DNA from: Cetorhinus maximus
Lineage: Eukaryota
Direction of reading: 5' to 3'
NCBI RefSeq assembly: GCF_964194155.1
Contig: NC_135895.1
Location: 43,400,001-43,464,000 of the forward strand
Length of the DNA stretch: 64,000 nt
Part shown: in pieces, positions 59,901 to 64,000 of the stretch
How positions within the stretch are numbered: the stretch's first letter is position 1
Layout: each line of letters begins with the position of its first letter
The notes under the pieces: generated by a model
Told to the model about the DNA's origin: nothing
Seen by the model: the letters and a program-made list of their open reading frames with translations, nothing else
The model's database searches: none
Position numbers and translations under genes: made by a program

Positions 59901-62900
59901 TGAAGATTGGCATCTGGCAAATGGTCAAAGTACTTGGAGCACAGAAACAGGCCATTTGGCCCAAAGACCAATGTTGATATTTATGCACCACATGAACATT
60001 AATGTAATGCCATCAACAGGTCCTTCTATTCCTTTTTATTTCCTAGCTATCTAGCTTTTTTTAAATTCATTTACGGGATATGGGCATCACTGGCTAGGCC
60101 AGCATTTATTGCCCATCCCTAATTGCCCTTGAGGTGGTGGTGAGCTGGCTTCTTGAACCACTGCAGTCCCTTCAATGCATCTAAGCTATTTGCCTCAACT
60201 ACTCACTGAGGTAGCAAGTTCTACATTCTAACAACATTGGGTAAATAAGTTTCTCCTAAACCCCTTTTTGGATTTTATTTTGGATTTATTAGTGACAGTC
60301 TTGTATTGCTGGCCCCTAGTTTTGATTTTATTTGCTAGTGGCTATCGTATCAAATGTTTTCATCATCTTGAAGACCTCTGGTGCCAATTGTGGCTCAGTG
60401 GGTAGCACTCATCTCCGAGTGAGAAAGTTGTGGGCTCATGTCCCACTCCAGGACTTGAGCACAAAAATCTTGTGACGCTCCAGTGAAGCACTGAGAGAGT
60501 GCTGTGCTGTCAGAGGTGCCATCTTTTGGATGAAGTTGCTAAATCAAGGCCCTGTCGACCTTCAATAAAAATGTGCTGGAAAAACTCCGCAGGTCTGGCA
60601 GCATCCGTGGACAGTTAACATTTCAAGGCAAATATTTTTCTTCAAGACTTTCTCAGGTGGACATAAAAGATCCAATAACACTATTTTGAAGAAGAACAGG
60701 GGAACTGCCCCTTGTATCCTGACCCATATTTATCCCTCAATTTCCTACATTATAATAGTGATTACGCTTCAAAAGTACTCCATTAGCTGTAAAGCACTTT
60801 GAAACATACTGAGGTTGTGAGACGTGCTCTAGAAATGCAAGCTTTTTTTCCCTTCTCTATCAGGTCACCCATCAGTCGTCTTTCTGGAGAAAAGAGCCTC
60901 CGTCTTTTCAATCATTCCTGTTAGGTATAACGTCTCAGTTTTGGTAATGTTCTAGTAAATAATTTTTGGTTCTATATCCATTGTGCAATGTGGAGTTCAC
61001 AATACTCCAAGGGCGTTTTGATCAAAGTAATATAATTTTTCTGCTTTTCAATTCCATACCCACAGAAGTGAACCCCAGTGCTTTGTTTTCTTTTTTATAG
61101 CGTCGCTAACTTGTGTCACTACTTTATGTACTTTATGTTTTGCCTATCTGTACCACCCCACCCCCACCGCCGATCTTTTTGTCCTCTACCTCGTTTTGAA
61201 ACATATTTTCCAAGGAATATTCAGCCTCCTTATTCTTCTGACCAATATATACTATCTCACACTTTTATATTGAAGTTAATTTGCTGGCCACATGTCCATT
61301 TTACAAGTTTTTTGACATCTTCATGTTTTAAGCATCCAAAGTGACATTGTGTGGATTTACACTTAAATTTACTTCCCAGTTGGAAAATCTCAGCTATATA
61401 CCCCTCAGCTGTAAACTGTCTAGGATTATAGTACTGGAACATTAACATTTTGAACATGTCACTTTTACAGACTTTCTGGGAGATTGAGCAATAACGTATT
61501 TATCACTGAGCTCATTCTCCCAAAACTCAAAGATAGAAATTGAACCTTTAGAGCTGCTTGCTTCAATTAACAGATTTTATTGGTAGGGCACCGGGGAAAA
61601 CTCCACTGCTCTTTTGTAATAAACATGGGGTCTTACACACCCACCTGAGAGAGCAGACAGGGCCTCCGATTAATGTCATTTCCGAAAGACAACACCTCTG
61701 ACAGTACTGCACTCCCTCAGCCCTGCGTTGGGATGGCAGCCATGATTTTGTGCAAAGCCTCTGGAGTGGTATTTGAACCCATAACCTCTTGACTCTGGTA
61801 GAAAATAACTCTGACCCATGACTGACACTTTGCCTGTATTTTAGTTGTCTGCTATATTCCAAAATTACCATGGTGCTTTTTTACTTTTGGTTTTCATATG
61901 ACTCTTCTCCCTTTTTTGGAATGATAATTCATTACATGAGAAATTGTATAACTCCCATTTGAGTGGTATGTTGCTCCACCTGTTTCCCAGTGGTTGATTA
62001 CAGGATATTTAAGTGCAGGGTGATAATAGAGTAGCATTTTCTGTAAAAATGGTAGAGTTGCAATTGTAAAACCTTTAATCGCAAAGTTGCTATTAACTGA
62101 AGGTGAGATTATCATGTAATCCTTGCTGGCATCCAAAAGACATATGATAAGGTACCACATCAAAGGTTATGACGCAAGATAGAGTACATGGTGTAGGGGG
62201 TAACAAATTAGCATGGATAAAGGATCGGTTGACTAACAGGAAACAGTAGTGATAAATGTGTCTTTCTCGGCTGGCAAGCTGTAACTAATGGAGTGTCACA
62301 GGTATCAATGCTGGGCCCTCAACTGTTTACAATCTATATTAATAACTTGGATGAAGGTACCGAATATCTTGGATGAAGGGACCGAATATATGCTAGCTAA
62401 ATTTGCCGATTACACCTAGATAGGTAGGAAAATAAGCAAGTTGTCAAGAGGAGGTCGAGAGTCTGCAAAGGAATGTAGACAGGTTAAGTGAGTGGACAGA
62501 AAATTGGCAGTTGGAGAAAAATGTGGGAAAATGTGAACTTGTTCACTTTGGCAGGAAGAATAGAAAAGTAGTATATTATTTAAATAGAGAAAGATTGCAG
62601 AACTTGGTGGCTCAGAGGGATCTGGGTGTCCTAGTACATGAATCACAAAGTTAGTATGCAGGTACAGCAAGTGATTAGGAAGGCAAATGGAATGTTGGCA
62701 TTTATTGCAAGGGAAATGGGACATAAAAGTGGGAAAGTTTTACTGCAACTATACAGGGCCTTGGTGAGACTACACCTGGAACACTGTGCAGCTTTGGTCT
62801 CATTTTAAAAAAAGGATATAGCTTTAGAAGTTGTTCAGAGAAGGTTCACTGGATTCATTCCTGGAATGAAGGGGTTGTCTTATGGTGAACAGGTTAGGCC

Positions 62901-64000
62901 TCTACCCATTGGAGTTTCAAGAATGAGAGGTGATTGAAGCATATAATATCCTAAGGGGACTTTAAAGGGTGGATACCCAGAGGATGTTTCCTCTTGTAGG
63001 GGAGACTAAAACTAGGGGTCATAGTTTAAAAATAAGAAGTCTCCCTTTTAAGACAGGGATGAGACTTTTTTTCTCCCAAAGGTTTGTTGGCGTGTGGAAT
63101 TCTCTTCCGCAGGAAGTAATGAAAGCCGGCTGATGGCAGGGCTGGACAGCTTTTTGCAAAGCAAGGGAGTCGAGGGTTATGGGGAGGCAGACAGGAAAGT
63201 GGAGCTGAGACCACAACCAGATCAGCCATGATCTTATTGAATAGTGGCGTAGTCTTGAAAGGCCAAATGGTCTATTCCTACTCCTATGTTCCTATCTTGC
63301 AGAGAAATGTTTGCTGCAAATTCATTTCTTGTACAATTTCTGCATGTTAGTTGTTGAGAAGGGACATAATATGTTTTGCGTACTCCGTATTTGTAAAATT
63401 ACATATTTTTGCTTCTTTAGAGGTATTCAGATAGAATGCGAAGGAACTTCTAACAAACATTGCATCAACATTGGAGATTTTGTTTTTGTCAAAAGTGATG
63501 ATGAGGATCAACCGTATGTAGCTAAACTGCTAAAGTTGTTTGAGGATGGTAAGGAAACCATGTACGCTTCTGCTTTGAATGTTTGTAATGGACTGAAAAG
63601 TCGCCTCGCATTTACAGGAAATAATCATTTATTCAAAAAATATTAGTTGTGAGACAAATATTCGGTTCAAGGCTTGCTCATGAATATTTGGTGCCTTTTG
63701 GCATCTACACGTAGCATTCTCCTAGCACTTTACTGTGAACTATTGAAAGTTATGCAGCAGTACCAGGAATGTATGTAATATTTATTTAATATCAGTTTAC
63801 TGTACTAGCAAAACAAAAGTTGTGCAAAGTAGGAATTCATCTTTATGGCAGTGTTGTGTTGAAGATAATTTAATTTGAAACTTCACACCCTGGTCTCTCC
63901 TTTTAATATACTGTTTGAAACATTTCGAGCTTCAGTTTTTCATATTCCTCGTAATTGGTGTTGGTTTATTTTCCTCACCAGGTACCCAACAACATCTCAC
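56966..64000 (+). CDS. ORC1: Origin recognition complex subunit 1, first coding exons (BAH domain N-terminus); continues beyond the window
   Basis: Exons 56966-57069 ([34 protein letters not shown]), 63421-63548 ([43 protein letters not shown]) and 63982 onward (GTQQHL), with consistent phases. Resembles the human ORC1 N-terminus as recalled, and synteny with PRPF38A agrees. Confidence 0.93.
57200..60180. mobile_element. Cluster of rearranged LINE fragments in both orientations (family of 39540-42800)
   Basis: [22 protein letters not shown] and [15 protein letters not shown] on the plus strand; [15 protein letters not shown] and TAGVPQG on the minus strand; several 3' tails. Confidence 0.8.
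60380..60845 (+). mobile_element. Deu-domain SINE with a short Penelope-like insert (~60563-60645)
   Basis: gtggctcagtgggtagcactc head, Deu core and tail; interrupted by gctggaaaaactccgcaggtctggcagcatccgtgg. Confidence 0.65.
61585..61830 (-). mobile_element. Deu-domain SINE
   Basis: Reverse complement of the same Deu core (ctgagggagtgcagtactgtcagaggtgttgtctttcgga). Confidence 0.65.
62120..63295 (+). mobile_element. Degraded CR1 LINE 3' portion
   Basis: gataaggtaccacat, ggagtgtcacagg, aaatttgccgat motifs and the CR1 3' tail cctatgttcctat. Confidence 0.8.

Overview
Vertebrate genomic DNA, most likely from a cartilaginous fish (shark), inferred from the repeat content: CR1, L2, Deu-type and tRNA SINEs, Penelope-like, Harbinger. 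Three host genes lie in the same order as at the human locus. (1) The last ten coding exons of TUT4/ZCCHC11 (+, 7675-22445). (2) A complete 10-exon PRPF38A (-, 55910-44685, 312 aa). (3) The first coding exons of ORC1 (+, from 56966), head-to-head with PRPF38A across a ~1 kb interval that holds a GC-rich ~34-bp minisatellite and an E2F site. Most of the remainder is nested transposable elements. The main find is a spliced, pseudogenised BEND5-like BEN-domain gene (~32160-37212) that the ORF track does not show as a unit. It lies inside a 7-kb insert bounded by Tigger/pogo-like TIRs with a TA duplication, and is followed by an EnSpm/CACTA-like end. Also notable are Penelope-like foldback inserts carrying minimal hammerhead-ribozyme cores and a decayed Harbinger Myb/SANT gene. 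Family assignments come from recalled sequences and motifs, not from database searches.
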